Shown here piece after piece: positions 29,054-37,979 of a stretch of DNA of 42,641 bases (its first letter is position 1; every line of letters begins with the position of its first letter). The position numbers and the translations under genes were made by a program. The notes beneath the pieces were generated by a model that was not told the DNA's origin, ran no database searches, and saw only the letters and a list, made by a program, of their open reading frames with translations. The stretch is taken from sequence record DRR378314_1240; one strand, given 5' to 3'.

Positions 29054-29440
29054 ATGACATTCCTCTTCGAACTGCTCATCGCCTTCTTCTTGATCGTCTC
29101 GGGCATCTTTGGCTTTGTCGGGTCTTTCGGCATGATCAAGCTTAAGGACCCGATGTCACGCCTGCATGCGCCGACCAAAGCGACGACGCTGGGTGTTGGG
29201 GGCGTGCTGCTGGCGTCGATCACACATTCTGTATTGCTCGAAGGCAAGCTCTCGCTTCATGAATTGCTGATCACGCTATTTCTGTTTTTAACCGCCCCGA
29301 TCACGGCCCTGTTCATTGCCAAATGGCACATTCATCGTCATGAACAACCCAGCGATCTTCCGGATGCGGGCGAGGACGAGCTTTGGGCTACCCACGCAGT
29401 CGAGCAGGTCGAAGACGTCCCGGACCACAGCGCGAACTGA
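29054..29440 (+). CDS. phaG: Mrp/Pha antiporter subunit G
   Basis: ATG 29054 after GAGG. Motifs RLHAPTKATTLG and FLTAP. Confidence 0.92.
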   Translation: MTFLFELLIAFFLIVSGIFGFVGSFGMIKLKDPMSRLHAPTKATTLGVGGVLLASITHSVLLEGKLSLHELLITLFLFLTAPITALFIAKWHIHRHEQPSDLPDAGEDELWATHAVEQVEDVPDHSAN

Positions 29441-29445
29441 ATACA

Positions 29446-31605
29446 ATGCACACACCTCCGCTGCCCCTGACCCGTGATCTGGTTCTGATTGGCGGGGGGC
29501 ATACGCATGCGCTGCTGCTGCGGAAATGGGGAATGAACCCGCTGCCCGGCGCACGTGTAACCGTGATCAACCCGGGGCCGACCGCGCCCTATTCGGGAAT
29601 GCTGCCGGGTTTTGTCGCGGGTCACTATCAGCGGTGGGAACTCGACATTGATCTGATCCGTCTGGCCGGTTTTGCTGGTGCGCGGGTGATACTGGGCGCA
29701 GTTGAAGGCATCGATTCTGACACGCGGCACGTTCATGTCCCCGGACGCCCACCGGTAGCGTTTGATGTCGCCTCGGTCAATGTCGGTATTACGTCCGATA
29801 TGCCAGCTTTGCCCGGGTTTGCCGAACATGCTGTCCCTGCCAAGCCACTTGGCCCTTTCGCGGCGCGATGGCAGAGGTTTCTTTCGGATACCGGGCCAGC
29901 CTCGGTCGCCGTGATTGGCGGTGGCGTTGCCGGTGTTGAACTGGTCATGGCCATGGCATATGCGCTACGGTCCAAAGGGCGCGAGGCGCAGGTCACGTTG
30001 ATTGACAATGCCACCGCTTTGACAGCCGCAGTCCCCAAGGCCTCGGCCACGATCCGGCAGACAATGGAGCGCCTCGGGATTGAAGTTCTTGAGAACGCTT
30101 CGATTCAACAGATATCCGAGGGTCAGATTGATCTTACTGACGGCCGCCAAATCCCCGCCGATTTCATCACCGGCGCGGCGGGGGCGCGGCCTTATGAGTG
30201 GATTTCGGGTAGTGGCCTCGCCCTTCATGATGGCTTCATCAATGTGAACGCATATCTGCAATCCAGTAATCCCACGATTTTTGCCGCCGGTGATTGTGCC
30301 CACCTGTCCGATAATCCGCGCCCCAAGGCCGGTGTCTATGCGGTGCGCGAGGCGCCAGTTCTGTATGACAACCTGCGCTCGGCGCTGGGTGCAGGGCAAA
30401 TGCGTCGCTATGTGCCGCAGAAGGATTATCTGAAACTTATATCGCTGGGTGGCAAGTCCGCCCTGGCAGAACGGCTGGGGACTTCGTTCAGCGGGCCGCT
30501 CATGTGGAAATGGAAAAACCACATTGACCAGCGGTTCATGAACCGGTTCCGAAACCTGCCCCAGATGCCTACCCCTGCATTGCCTCGGCAATACGCGGCG
30601 GGGGTACAAGACGCGCTGGGAAGTAAGCCCATGTGCGGTGGATGCGGCGCCAAGGTTGGTCGCGGGGCTTTGCAGGCCGCACTGCGGGAAGTTCCGCAGC
30701 TCGATAGGCCGGACCTGACGCCCCTGCCCGGCGACGACGCGGCGGTGTTGCGAACGGGCGATGCCCAACAGGTCATTACATCAGATCACCTGCGCAGCTT
30801 CACCAATGACCCCGCATTGATGACCCGTATTGCTGCCGTTCACGCGCTTGGCGACATCTGGGCGATGGGCGCGCAACCGCAAGCCGCAACTGCCACGATC
30901 ATCCTGCCCCGCATGTCTGCTGAGCTTCTGCAGCGCACAATGGCCGAGATCATGCGTGTCGCCAGCGAAGTCATGCATCAGGCCGGGGCGGCGATCGTGG
31001 GCGGCCACAGTTCCATGGGTGACGAAATGACCGTTGGTTTCACGCTGACGGGGCTTTGCGAAGCTGAGCCCATCACGCTGGGCGGTGCGAAACCCGATGA
31101 CGCCCTGATCCTGACAAAACCGCTGGGCAGCGGCGTTCTGATGGCTGCCGAGATGGCGGGTCAGGCGAAAGGCACTTGGATCGCGGCGGCGTTCGAACAG
31201 ATGGTACAGCCGCAAGCTGAGGCATCCCGCATCCTGCGTAACGCTCATGCAATGACCGATGTCACCGGGTTTGGTTTAGCCGGTCACTTGCAAGGCATGT
31301 GCGAAGCATCAGGGTGCGGTGCAACGCTCTTGCTTACCGCGATCCCGGTAATGGCAGGCGCAATGGAACTAAACGATCAGGGGATCCAATCCACGATCTA
31401 TGCCGATAACCGCGCCATCGCCCCGGAACTTCCGACCGGAGGCAAGGCCGATTTATTGTTCGATCCGCAGACGGCCGGAGGTCTTTTGGCAGCCGTCGCG
31501 CCAGAAGAGGCCGAACAACTATGCTCCGAATTACAGGCGGCTGGGTATCCTGCCGCCTTGATCGGTCACCTTAATGCGACGCCGGGTCTGCGCATTCAAA
31601 GCTGA
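29446..31605 (+). CDS. selD: Selenide, water dikinase fused to an N-terminal pyridine nucleotide-disulfide oxidoreductase-like domain
   Basis: N-half: LIGGGHTH, YSGMLPG, VIGGGVAG, AAGD and PKAGVYAVR. C-half: CGGCGAKV, DDAAV, GGHS, LTKPLG, TDVTGFGLAGHL and DPQTAGGLL. Confidence 0.93.
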   Translation: MHTPPLPLTRDLVLIGGGHTHALLLRKWGMNPLPGARVTVINPGPTAPYSGMLPGFVAGHYQRWELDIDLIRLAGFAGARVILGAVEGIDSDTRHVHVPGRPPVAFDVASVNVGITSDMPALPGFAEHAVPAKPLGPFAARWQRFLSDTGPASVAVIGGGVAGVELVMAMAYALRSKGREAQVTLIDNATALTAAVPKASATIRQTMERLGIEVLENASIQQISEGQIDLTDGRQIPADFITGAAGARPYEWISGSGLALHDGFINVNAYLQSSNPTIFAAGDCAHLSDNPRPKAGVYAVREAPVLYDNLRSALGAGQMRRYVPQKDYLKLISLGGKSALAERLGTSFSGPLMWKWKNHIDQRFMNRFRNLPQMPTPALPRQYAAGVQDALGSKPMCGGCGAKVGRGALQAALREVPQLDRPDLTPLPGDDAAVLRTGDAQQVITSDHLRSFTNDPALMTRIAAVHALGDIWAMGAQPQAATATIILPRMSAELLQRTMAEIMRVASEVMHQAGAAIVGGHSSMGDEMTVGFTLTGLCEAEPITLGGAKPDDALILTKPLGSGVLMAAEMAGQAKGTWIAAAFEQMVQPQAEASRILRNAHAMTDVTGFGLAGHLQGMCEASGCGATLLLTAIPVMAGAMELNDQGIQSTIYADNRAIAPELPTGGKADLLFDPQTAGGLLAAVAPEEAEQLCSELQAAGYPAALIGHLNATPGLRIQS

Positions 31606-32648
31606 CCCAATATCTTTTCGATCCGAACCGCCATTGCTGACAGCCCAGCATCGTCGAGTGATGGGGCATCAATATGTGCGATCACCTCGGCACGCTGCGC
31701 TTTGCGCGATTTGGCGTAGGCCGGATCATAATGCTGTGCCATCAACGCCTGCGTCAGCCCGCGTTTGTCCCCGGCATCAATCATGTCCAGCCAACCGTCC
31801 ACAACTTCATGGCCGCGGTGAAACCGCAAGGGCGACAATCGATCACGCAGCTGTTCGCTATCTGAAAGGATGTCGTCATATGCGGAAACCAGATAGGTAG
31901 TGCGCGCCTCGATCGGAGCCGTGATCTGGATGCGAGGTGCCGAACACAGCGCCGACCAAAGACTGGGTGGAAGGATCAGGTTTCCGATCTTGGAAGATTC
32001 AGCCTCGACCACGACAGGCCGCGCTGTGTCCAATCCACTCAGAGCGGCGGCCAAGGCGGATTCAAAGGCTTTCTGAGCAGGCTGACCACCCGGCCTTTCA
32101 CCCAGCAACGAACCCCGGTGATTGGCCAAACCTTCAAGATCCAGCACTTGAACACCAAGCGCCTGCAAGTGCGCCAACAGATCGGTTTTGGCCGTTCCGG
32201 TATACCCATCCAGCGCGACCAACCGATAGGGCAGCGCATCATCATAGAAGAATTGCTTTACCAGTCGACGATAGGTTTGGTACCCGCCCTCAACTGCCTC
32301 AGCCCGCCAGCCAATTTGTTGAAGCATCCATGCGAAAGACCCCGACCGCTGCCCCCCACGCCAGCAATAGACCAACGGCTTCCAGTCGCCCTCATGATGG
32401 CTGAGGTGTTTTTCAATGTGATCTGCCGCATTGCGAAACACCAGCGCAGCCCCAAGTTTCCGGGCCAGAAACGGGCTCTGCTGGACGTAGATCGTACCAA
32501 CCCGCGCGCGTTCTTCGTTATCCAGAACCGGCAGATTGATCGCACCGGTCATGTGATCCTCGGCAAACTCGGCCGGGCTGCGCACGTCGATAATCGTATC
32601 AAACTTGTGGTCGTAGAGTTGCGGCAAACTGGAAAAATTCAAAGTCAT
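31596..32648 (-). CDS. selU: tRNA 2-selenouridine synthase (SelU/MnmH/YbbB)
   Basis: Rhodanese domain DVRSPAEF...YCWRGGQRS, P-loop GYTGTAKT, DLEGLANHRGS, EAESSKIG and HYDPAY. Confidence 0.95.
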   Translation of the reverse strand: MTLNFSSLPQLYDHKFDTIIDVRSPAEFAEDHMTGAINLPVLDNEERARVGTIYVQQSPFLARKLGAALVFRNAADHIEKHLSHHEGDWKPLVYCWRGGQRSGSFAWMLQQIGWRAEAVEGGYQTYRRLVKQFFYDDALPYRLVALDGYTGTAKTDLLAHLQALGVQVLDLEGLANHRGSLLGERPGGQPAQKAFESALAAALSGLDTARPVVVEAESSKIGNLILPPSLWSALCSAPRIQITAPIEARTTYLVSAYDDILSDSEQLRDRLSPLRFHRGHEVVDGWLDMIDAGDKRGLTQALMAQHYDPAYAKSRKAQRAEVIAHIDAPSLDDAGLSAMAVRIEKILGQL

Positions 32649-32798
32649 GCCAGCGGTCTACCGTGCATGCACGCGGAATAAAAGCGAGCGGTCGATCGCA
32701 ACGCCGGAATGACGCTGCGATGAGCCATTGCAATACGATCTCGCTTGGGTAATGAACCTTCTATATTGGCTTCATACTGACATGGGACGTGCACTCAA

Positions 32799-34451
32799 AT
32801 GGCACAACAGACCCCAAACACCCTCAAGAGCAAAGCACTGAGCGATCTCGGGGCGGGAAAGCTGCCGCAGGCGTTGAAAAAGGCGCAGTTGGGCATCAAG
32901 AAATTTCCCAAGGATTCAGATTACCAAGCCATCGCGGGTTTTGTGTTGACCGAGATGGAACGGTACAAGCAAGCCGTCCCGCATTTCGCCGCAGCATCGC
33001 GTATGAAGCCAGACGAAGCGCAATTTGTTGAAAACCTGGCCAATGTGCTGATGCAGACGGGCCAGATTCCGCGCGCGCTGTCTTATGCTGAACATAAGTT
33101 GCAGCAGTTCCCCGGCAACAAGGAGTTGACTCGGGTTATCGATGAAATCCAACTCAAAGGGCAGAATTGGCGTTTGATCATCGATCATGCCACTCAAAAA
33201 TTGGCAACTGATCCCGACAACGCTGATCTGCTTGCGTCGCGGGCGCGTGCATATGGGCAAATAGGATATGCAGAGCATTGTTCTGGGGATATTTCACGAT
33301 CCTACGAGTTGGCGCCCGAAAACGAAGACATCGCGATCCGAAAAGCGGTTGATCTACATCAGACCGGGGACAAGGGAGGGGCCAGGCGGGTTTTACAGAC
33401 TGTACTTGACGCAAACCCTGCGTCTGCGGCAGCGCTCTACCAGATGTCGATGATTGCTAATGAAAAGCAATCAGAGCAACTTGCCGATGCCATCGAGATT
33501 GCCATTTCGCATAGCGACCATTCCGATTCACTGCTCGAGTTCGCAAAGGCTAATGTGACTTTGACACGCGATGGATTGAGTGCTGCGTTGCCTAAGTTCG
33601 CGCGCGCCAATGCAGCACAGCATGATACCAACCCCTATAACTTCGCCTTGGAAGAGAAAAAGCAAAGCGATATTTGCAACCTGTTCTCCACAGATGTTCC
33701 AGCTGTGGCTGCGGATCCTGATCGTGCCGCCAAGCCGATCTTTGTGATCGGGCAACCCCGTTCTGGCACCACATTGATGGAATTGATGCTAAGTTCCATT
33801 CCCGGTGTCGCGGGTTGCGGGGAACTTATGCTGGGGGCTGATCTCGCGCAGCCGTTTGTCGACTCGGGCGATCCGTTCGATGCAAAATCCACCTCGGAAT
33901 TTGCACAGGAATTCCGCATGCTGATGCCCCCGATCCCCAATGGCACAACTGCCTTCGTCGACAAGATGCCCCACAATTATCAGTGGATGGGTTTTCTGCT
34001 AACGGCCTTCCCGGATGCGCGTGTCATCAACATGATGCGCGACCCTCGGGATGTCGGTCTGTCCAAGTGGATCAGGCGTTTTCCGGAACCGGGGTTGCGC
34101 TATGCGTCGAACTTGCAGGCGATCGCCCATTCGGCCAACTTGTACAGGCGCTACATGGCGCATTGGGACAAGCTGTTCGGCAATCGTATCTTAACCGTTT
34201 CTTATGAAAATCTGGTCGCCGAGCCAGAGACTCACAGCAAAAGCATCGCCGCTTTCTGTGGCCTCGATTGGGACGTGCAGATGATCCACCCCGAGCAAAA
34301 CACCAAACAGGTGCTTACCGCCAGCGTTGATCAGGTGCGCAAGAAAATCTCGACCGGATCTATAGGAGGCTGGCGCGATGTCGCCGATCACATTCAGCCC
34401 CTGCTAGAGGGTCTCGATCCGGCGCTTTGGCCTGAATATACGTTTGACTGA
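32799..34451 (+). CDS. TPR-containing PAPS-dependent sulfotransferase family protein
   Basis: N-terminal TPR-like helices. 5'-PSB motif FVIGQPRSGTTL, DKMPHN, 3'-PB motif RDPRDVGLS, YENLV and TASVDQVR. Confidence 0.88.
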   Translation: MAQQTPNTLKSKALSDLGAGKLPQALKKAQLGIKKFPKDSDYQAIAGFVLTEMERYKQAVPHFAAASRMKPDEAQFVENLANVLMQTGQIPRALSYAEHKLQQFPGNKELTRVIDEIQLKGQNWRLIIDHATQKLATDPDNADLLASRARAYGQIGYAEHCSGDISRSYELAPENEDIAIRKAVDLHQTGDKGGARRVLQTVLDANPASAAALYQMSMIANEKQSEQLADAIEIAISHSDHSDSLLEFAKANVTLTRDGLSAALPKFARANAAQHDTNPYNFALEEKKQSDICNLFSTDVPAVAADPDRAAKPIFVIGQPRSGTTLMELMLSSIPGVAGCGELMLGADLAQPFVDSGDPFDAKSTSEFAQEFRMLMPPIPNGTTAFVDKMPHNYQWMGFLLTAFPDARVINMMRDPRDVGLSKWIRRFPEPGLRYASNLQAIAHSANLYRRYMAHWDKLFGNRILTVSYENLVAEPETHSKSIAAFCGLDWDVQMIHPEQNTKQVLTASVDQVRKKISTGSIGGWRDVADHIQPLLEGLDPALWPEYTFD

Positions 34452-34454
34452 CCC

Positions 34455-34483
34455 AAAAAAGGCCGCCTGCGAAAGGCGGCCTT
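34455..34483 (-). terminator. Intrinsic terminator for the 5'-nucleotidase, possibly bidirectional
   Basis: 10-bp stem AAGGCCGCCT-gcgaa-AGGCGGCCTT. The A6 run at 34455-34460 is a U-tract on the minus strand. Lies between convergent genes. Confidence 0.85.
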
Positions 34484-34502
34484 ACTGTTAGCAGTGAATG
34501 CT

Positions 34503-36086
34503 TCACTTCTGTTTGATACGCCCGTCCAGATAAGGCTGATACGGGGCATTCTCGGCAAGGTATTCCGCCGTGACATCCGCCAGATCAGGTCCGAAGTCAT
34601 AAGCATTCTTGTCTTCACCCGAGAACACGCTGTACCCATCGCCGCCGTTACGGACGTAGTTGTTTGTGACAACAAGATAGGTCGCTGCAGGATCAATAGG
34701 CTCATAGCCACCGCCATTGGCAACCATGACTTCAACGATCCGGCCTTCGTTCGGTGCAACCGTCGGATCCCAAGTAAAGGTCATGCCCGCCACCTGTGGG
34801 AACCGACCCTTGACCTCTTCGACCTGGCTTACGCCGTTTTCGAGCGCGTCAATCACTCCTTGACCACTGATTTCAAAGGTCGAGAGTGTGTTCTGGAACG
34901 GCAGAACCGTCAGAACTTCGCCCATGGTAACCTCGCCCTCGTCGATCGAAGCACGCAGCCCGCCAGCATTGGCGATCGCGATCTGTGCGCCCTGATCCGC
35001 CACGCGCGCAAGCATTGCGTCCGCAACCAGATTGCCCATTTCGCATTCCTGTACACGGCACACATCACGAGAACCTTCGATCGTAGCGCCAGAATTGGCC
35101 ACGACACGCAGCTTCATCTCTTCAATCGGGGCACCCATTTCCGCAACACGTGCAGCAATATCTGCGTCTGGGGTGACCGAGGCATCCAGCAGAATCGGCT
35201 CACCCTCTGCCGAAATCAGATTGCCGTCATCATCAAATGTCAGCGTGATCTCACCCAGGTATTTCGAATAGGCATAGGCCTGAACGACCGGAACGTCGCC
35301 AACCATTGTCGGATAGGCACCTGCGGCGTCCTCATCCGTGTTCGACAGCAACGTGTGTGAGTGCCCGCCAACCACCAGATCCAGACCCGGCACTTTCTCG
35401 GCAATCTCAATATCTTTGGGCAGCCCCACATGGGTAAGTGCGATGATGATGTTCACACCCTCGCCCTGCAAGGCCGCGACATCGGCCGAGAGGCTGTCGA
35501 TCTCATCCTGGAAAACGACATCTTTGCCCGGGCTGGACGTTTCAACAGTATCTGTGGCCAATGCTGATATGATACCAATTTTTTGGCCACCAACTTCCAA
35601 TACAACGTGGTTGTCCACTTTGCCTTTTAGTTCAGCAGACGAAGACAAATCCAAATTGCCGGAAACCACTGGGAAGCTGACTGTGTCGATGAAAGCCGCC
35701 AAGCCCGCTGGCCCGTCGTCGAATTCGTGGTTGCCGACCGCCATCACGTCGTATCCGATCGCTTCCATGAACTCGGCTTCGGCGGCACCTTTGTAGGTCG
35801 TATAAAAGAGCGAGCCCTGGAACGGATCGCCAGCATCTAGCAGCAGCACGTTTTCATCTGCCAGTTCGCCGCGCTTGGCATCCACAATTGTCTTCAAGCG
35901 TGCGACACCGCCAAAGCACTTGCCTTCGGCCTCGCCCTCGGCGTCACAGGTCGAATCATATTTGTTGATCGATTCGATGCGGCTGTGAATGTCGTTTGTA
36001 TGCAGGATCGTTAGCTTGTACTCAGCAGCAGCCATGCCTGCAGTTAGGCCGAGTACCGCTGCAGAAGCGAGAAAACGAGTGAACAT
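34503..36086 (-). CDS. Periplasmic bifunctional metallophosphatase/5'-nucleotidase (UshA family)
   Basis: ATG 36086 after GGGAG. Signal peptide. Motifs HTNDIH, LDAGD, GNHEFD, GGHSH, NAGGLR and LPFQN. Confidence 0.93.
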   Translation of the reverse strand: MFTRFLASAAVLGLTAGMAAAEYKLTILHTNDIHSRIESINKYDSTCDAEGEAEGKCFGGVARLKTIVDAKRGELADENVLLLDAGDPFQGSLFYTTYKGAAEAEFMEAIGYDVMAVGNHEFDDGPAGLAAFIDTVSFPVVSGNLDLSSSAELKGKVDNHVVLEVGGQKIGIISALATDTVETSSPGKDVVFQDEIDSLSADVAALQGEGVNIIIALTHVGLPKDIEIAEKVPGLDLVVGGHSHTLLSNTDEDAAGAYPTMVGDVPVVQAYAYSKYLGEITLTFDDDGNLISAEGEPILLDASVTPDADIAARVAEMGAPIEEMKLRVVANSGATIEGSRDVCRVQECEMGNLVADAMLARVADQGAQIAIANAGGLRASIDEGEVTMGEVLTVLPFQNTLSTFEISGQGVIDALENGVSQVEEVKGRFPQVAGMTFTWDPTVAPNEGRIVEVMVANGGGYEPIDPAATYLVVTNNYVRNGGDGYSVFSGEDKNAYDFGPDLADVTAEYLAENAPYQPYLDGRIKQK

Positions 36087-36194
36087 CTTAAAACTCCCTA
36101 TCGTTGTTTTTCGTGATCGTGCGCCGTGCATCGCAAAGAGTCAAAGGGGGAAATCCGGCTTGATTCCATCTGCTGCGCGGGGCATCAGACCGAT

Positions 36195-36533
36195 ATGCTG
36201 ATTTACAAGATTTTCATGGCCGACGAGTGGGCCCTTTTGCAGGCCCAAGGTGCCTCGGACGGTGCGCCCATTGATGTGGCCGATGGTTTTGTCCATTTCT
36301 CGACCGCCGAACAAGCGGCCGAAACTGCCGCCAAGCACTTCGCCGAAGTCCAGGGGTTGATGCTGTTGGCTTGCGATGCGGATTCCATGATGGGCGATCT
36401 GAAATGGGAAACCTCGCGCGGTGGAGCGCTGTTTCCCCATCTCTATCGCCAGATTCGCATCAGCGATGTGGTGTGGTCTTGCGACCTGCCTTTTGATGGT
36501 AAAACACATCAATTTCCAAAGGAGATGGCATGA
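36195..36533 (+). CDS. DUF952 family protein
   Basis: Motifs MLIYKI, DGFVHFST and WETSRGGALFPHLY. Upstream of pyrD. Confidence 0.88.
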   Translation: MLIYKIFMADEWALLQAQGASDGAPIDVADGFVHFSTAEQAAETAAKHFAEVQGLMLLACDADSMMGDLKWETSRGGALFPHLYRQIRISDVVWSCDLPFDGKTHQFPKEMA

Positions 36534-36586
36534 CGACAGCATCCCTGATCTGGCGTTCCTGCAGAAATAAGGCCCTGGCCGGATGA
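36530..36586 (+). CDS. Putative 18-aa small ORF coupling DUF952 to pyrD ([18 protein letters not shown])
   Basis: Read by hand. AAGGAG SD at 36519-36524. ATGA overlap with the DUF952 stop and with the pyrD start. Confidence 0.45.
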   Translation: MTTASLIWRSCRNKALAG

Positions 36587-37641
36587 AACTGACTGAGAAA
36601 CTTGGGCTGGCTGCCCTGCATCGTTTGGATCCTGAAGTTGCTCATGGGTTGTCGATCAAGGCCTTGAAGTCCGGTCTTGCACCGTCGCCCGGACCGGTAA
36701 CCTCTGAGCGGTTGAAAACACAAGTGGCCGGGCTTGATCTGCCCAACCCAGTCGGTTTAGCCGCCGGTTTCGACAAAAACGGTGAGGTTCTTGGCCCGCT
36801 TTCCCGCGCTGGTTTTGGTTTTGTCGAAGTTGGTGCTGTGACGCCACGCCCTCAGCCCGGGAATCCAAAACCCCGTCTGTTCCGGCTGACCGAAGACCGG
36901 GCTGCTATCAACCGTTTCGGTTTCAACAATGAGGGCATGGACGTGATGGCGGCCCGCCTTTCACACCGCCCCAAGGATGCGGTGATTGGCCTCAACCTCG
37001 GAGCTAACAAGGACAGCGACGACCGACCCGGCGATTTTGCAAAGGTTCTGGCCCATTGCGCCGCTCATCTGGATTTTGCCACGGTCAATGTTTCATCACC
37101 GAACACCGAAAAGTTGCGCGATTTGCAAGGCAAGGCTGCGCTGAGCGTGCTTCTGAGTGGAGTTATCAACACCCGCAACGCGCTGCCCCGCCCGCTACCC
37201 GTGTTCCTGAAAATTGCGCCCGACCTGACGGACGCTGAATTGCAAGACATCGCCGAGGTCGCGCGCGAAACAGGTGTTGATGCGGTGATCGCCACCAACA
37301 CAACTTTGTCGCGCGAGGGATTGCACAGCCCAGACAAAGATCAGGCGGGCGGGCTTTCCGGTGCGCCGTTGTTCGAAAAATCGACACGCATCCTGGCACG
37401 ACTCAGCGAATTGACCAACGGAGATATTCCCCTGATCGGTGTCGGCGGTATCAGCACAGCCGAACAAGCCTATGCCAAGATTTGCGCAGGCGCGTCAGCG
37501 GTCCAATTCTATACAGCAATGGTTTATGGTGGAATATCTCTTGCCGCTGAAATCGCATGCGGGCTGGACAGGCTTCTGGCGCGCGACGGGTATACATCCG
37601 TTGCGCAAGCGGTCGGCAGCAAGCGAAAGGATTGGCTATGA
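36583..37641 (+). CDS. pyrD: Quinone-dependent dihydroorotate dehydrogenase (class 2)
   Basis: Motifs [46 protein letters not shown] and GGLSG. Confidence 0.97.
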   Translation: MKLTEKLGLAALHRLDPEVAHGLSIKALKSGLAPSPGPVTSERLKTQVAGLDLPNPVGLAAGFDKNGEVLGPLSRAGFGFVEVGAVTPRPQPGNPKPRLFRLTEDRAAINRFGFNNEGMDVMAARLSHRPKDAVIGLNLGANKDSDDRPGDFAKVLAHCAAHLDFATVNVSSPNTEKLRDLQGKAALSVLLSGVINTRNALPRPLPVFLKIAPDLTDAELQDIAEVARETGVDAVIATNTTLSREGLHSPDKDQAGGLSGAPLFEKSTRILARLSELTNGDIPLIGVGGISTAEQAYAKICAGASAVQFYTAMVYGGISLAAEIACGLDRLLARDGYTSVAQAVGSKRKDWL

Positions 37642-37979
37642 TCGAGTATTGGCACAACCCGCGTTGTTCCAAATCGCGCACAGGTTTGGTTTTGTTGGAA
37701 GAAAACGGTGCAAAGGTCAAAGTTCGAAAGTACCTTGAAAACCCGCCCTCAACCGATGAGCTTTACCAGCTGCTGAAATCCCTTGGGAATTCTGCGATCG
37801 AACTGATGCGGACCCGCGAAAAACAGTTCAAAGAGCTGGGCCTGACCAAAAATTCTGCCGAAGAATCGCTGGTCGCGGCAATGGCCGAGCATCCGATCCT
37901 GATCGAGCGACCCATCGCGATCGCTGGCGACAAAGCCGCTATCGGACGCCCGCCGGAGAACCTGCTTGGTGTGCTTTAG
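37638..37979 (+). CDS. arsC: Glutaredoxin-type arsenate reductase family protein
   Basis: ATG 37638 in ATGA. Motifs [15 protein letters not shown] and IGRPPE. Confidence 0.85.
   Translation: MIEYWHNPRCSKSRTGLVLLEENGAKVKVRKYLENPPSTDELYQLLKSLGNSAIELMRTREKQFKELGLTKNSAEESLVAAMAEHPILIERPIAIAGDKAAIGRPPENLLGVL

Noticed and set aside
29043..29057. 4-codon GTG...TGA micro-ORF between phaF and phaG
   Set aside because: The gap is only 7 nt and contains the phaG SD, so it is trivial.
29446..32648. Selenocysteine recoding in selD or its neighbours
   Set aside because: The SelD active site is Cys and the ORFs are full length with no in-frame TGA.
34494..35360. 288-aa plus-strand ORF
   Set aside because: Antisense to the 5'-nucleotidase, starts after a terminator hairpin, and is not coupled to any gene.
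32799..36086. Functional link between the sulfotransferase (PAP product) and the adjacent nucleotidase
   Set aside because: The nucleotidase has a signal peptide and is UshA-type, not a cytoplasmic CysQ-type PAP phosphatase. The genes are convergent and separated by a terminator.
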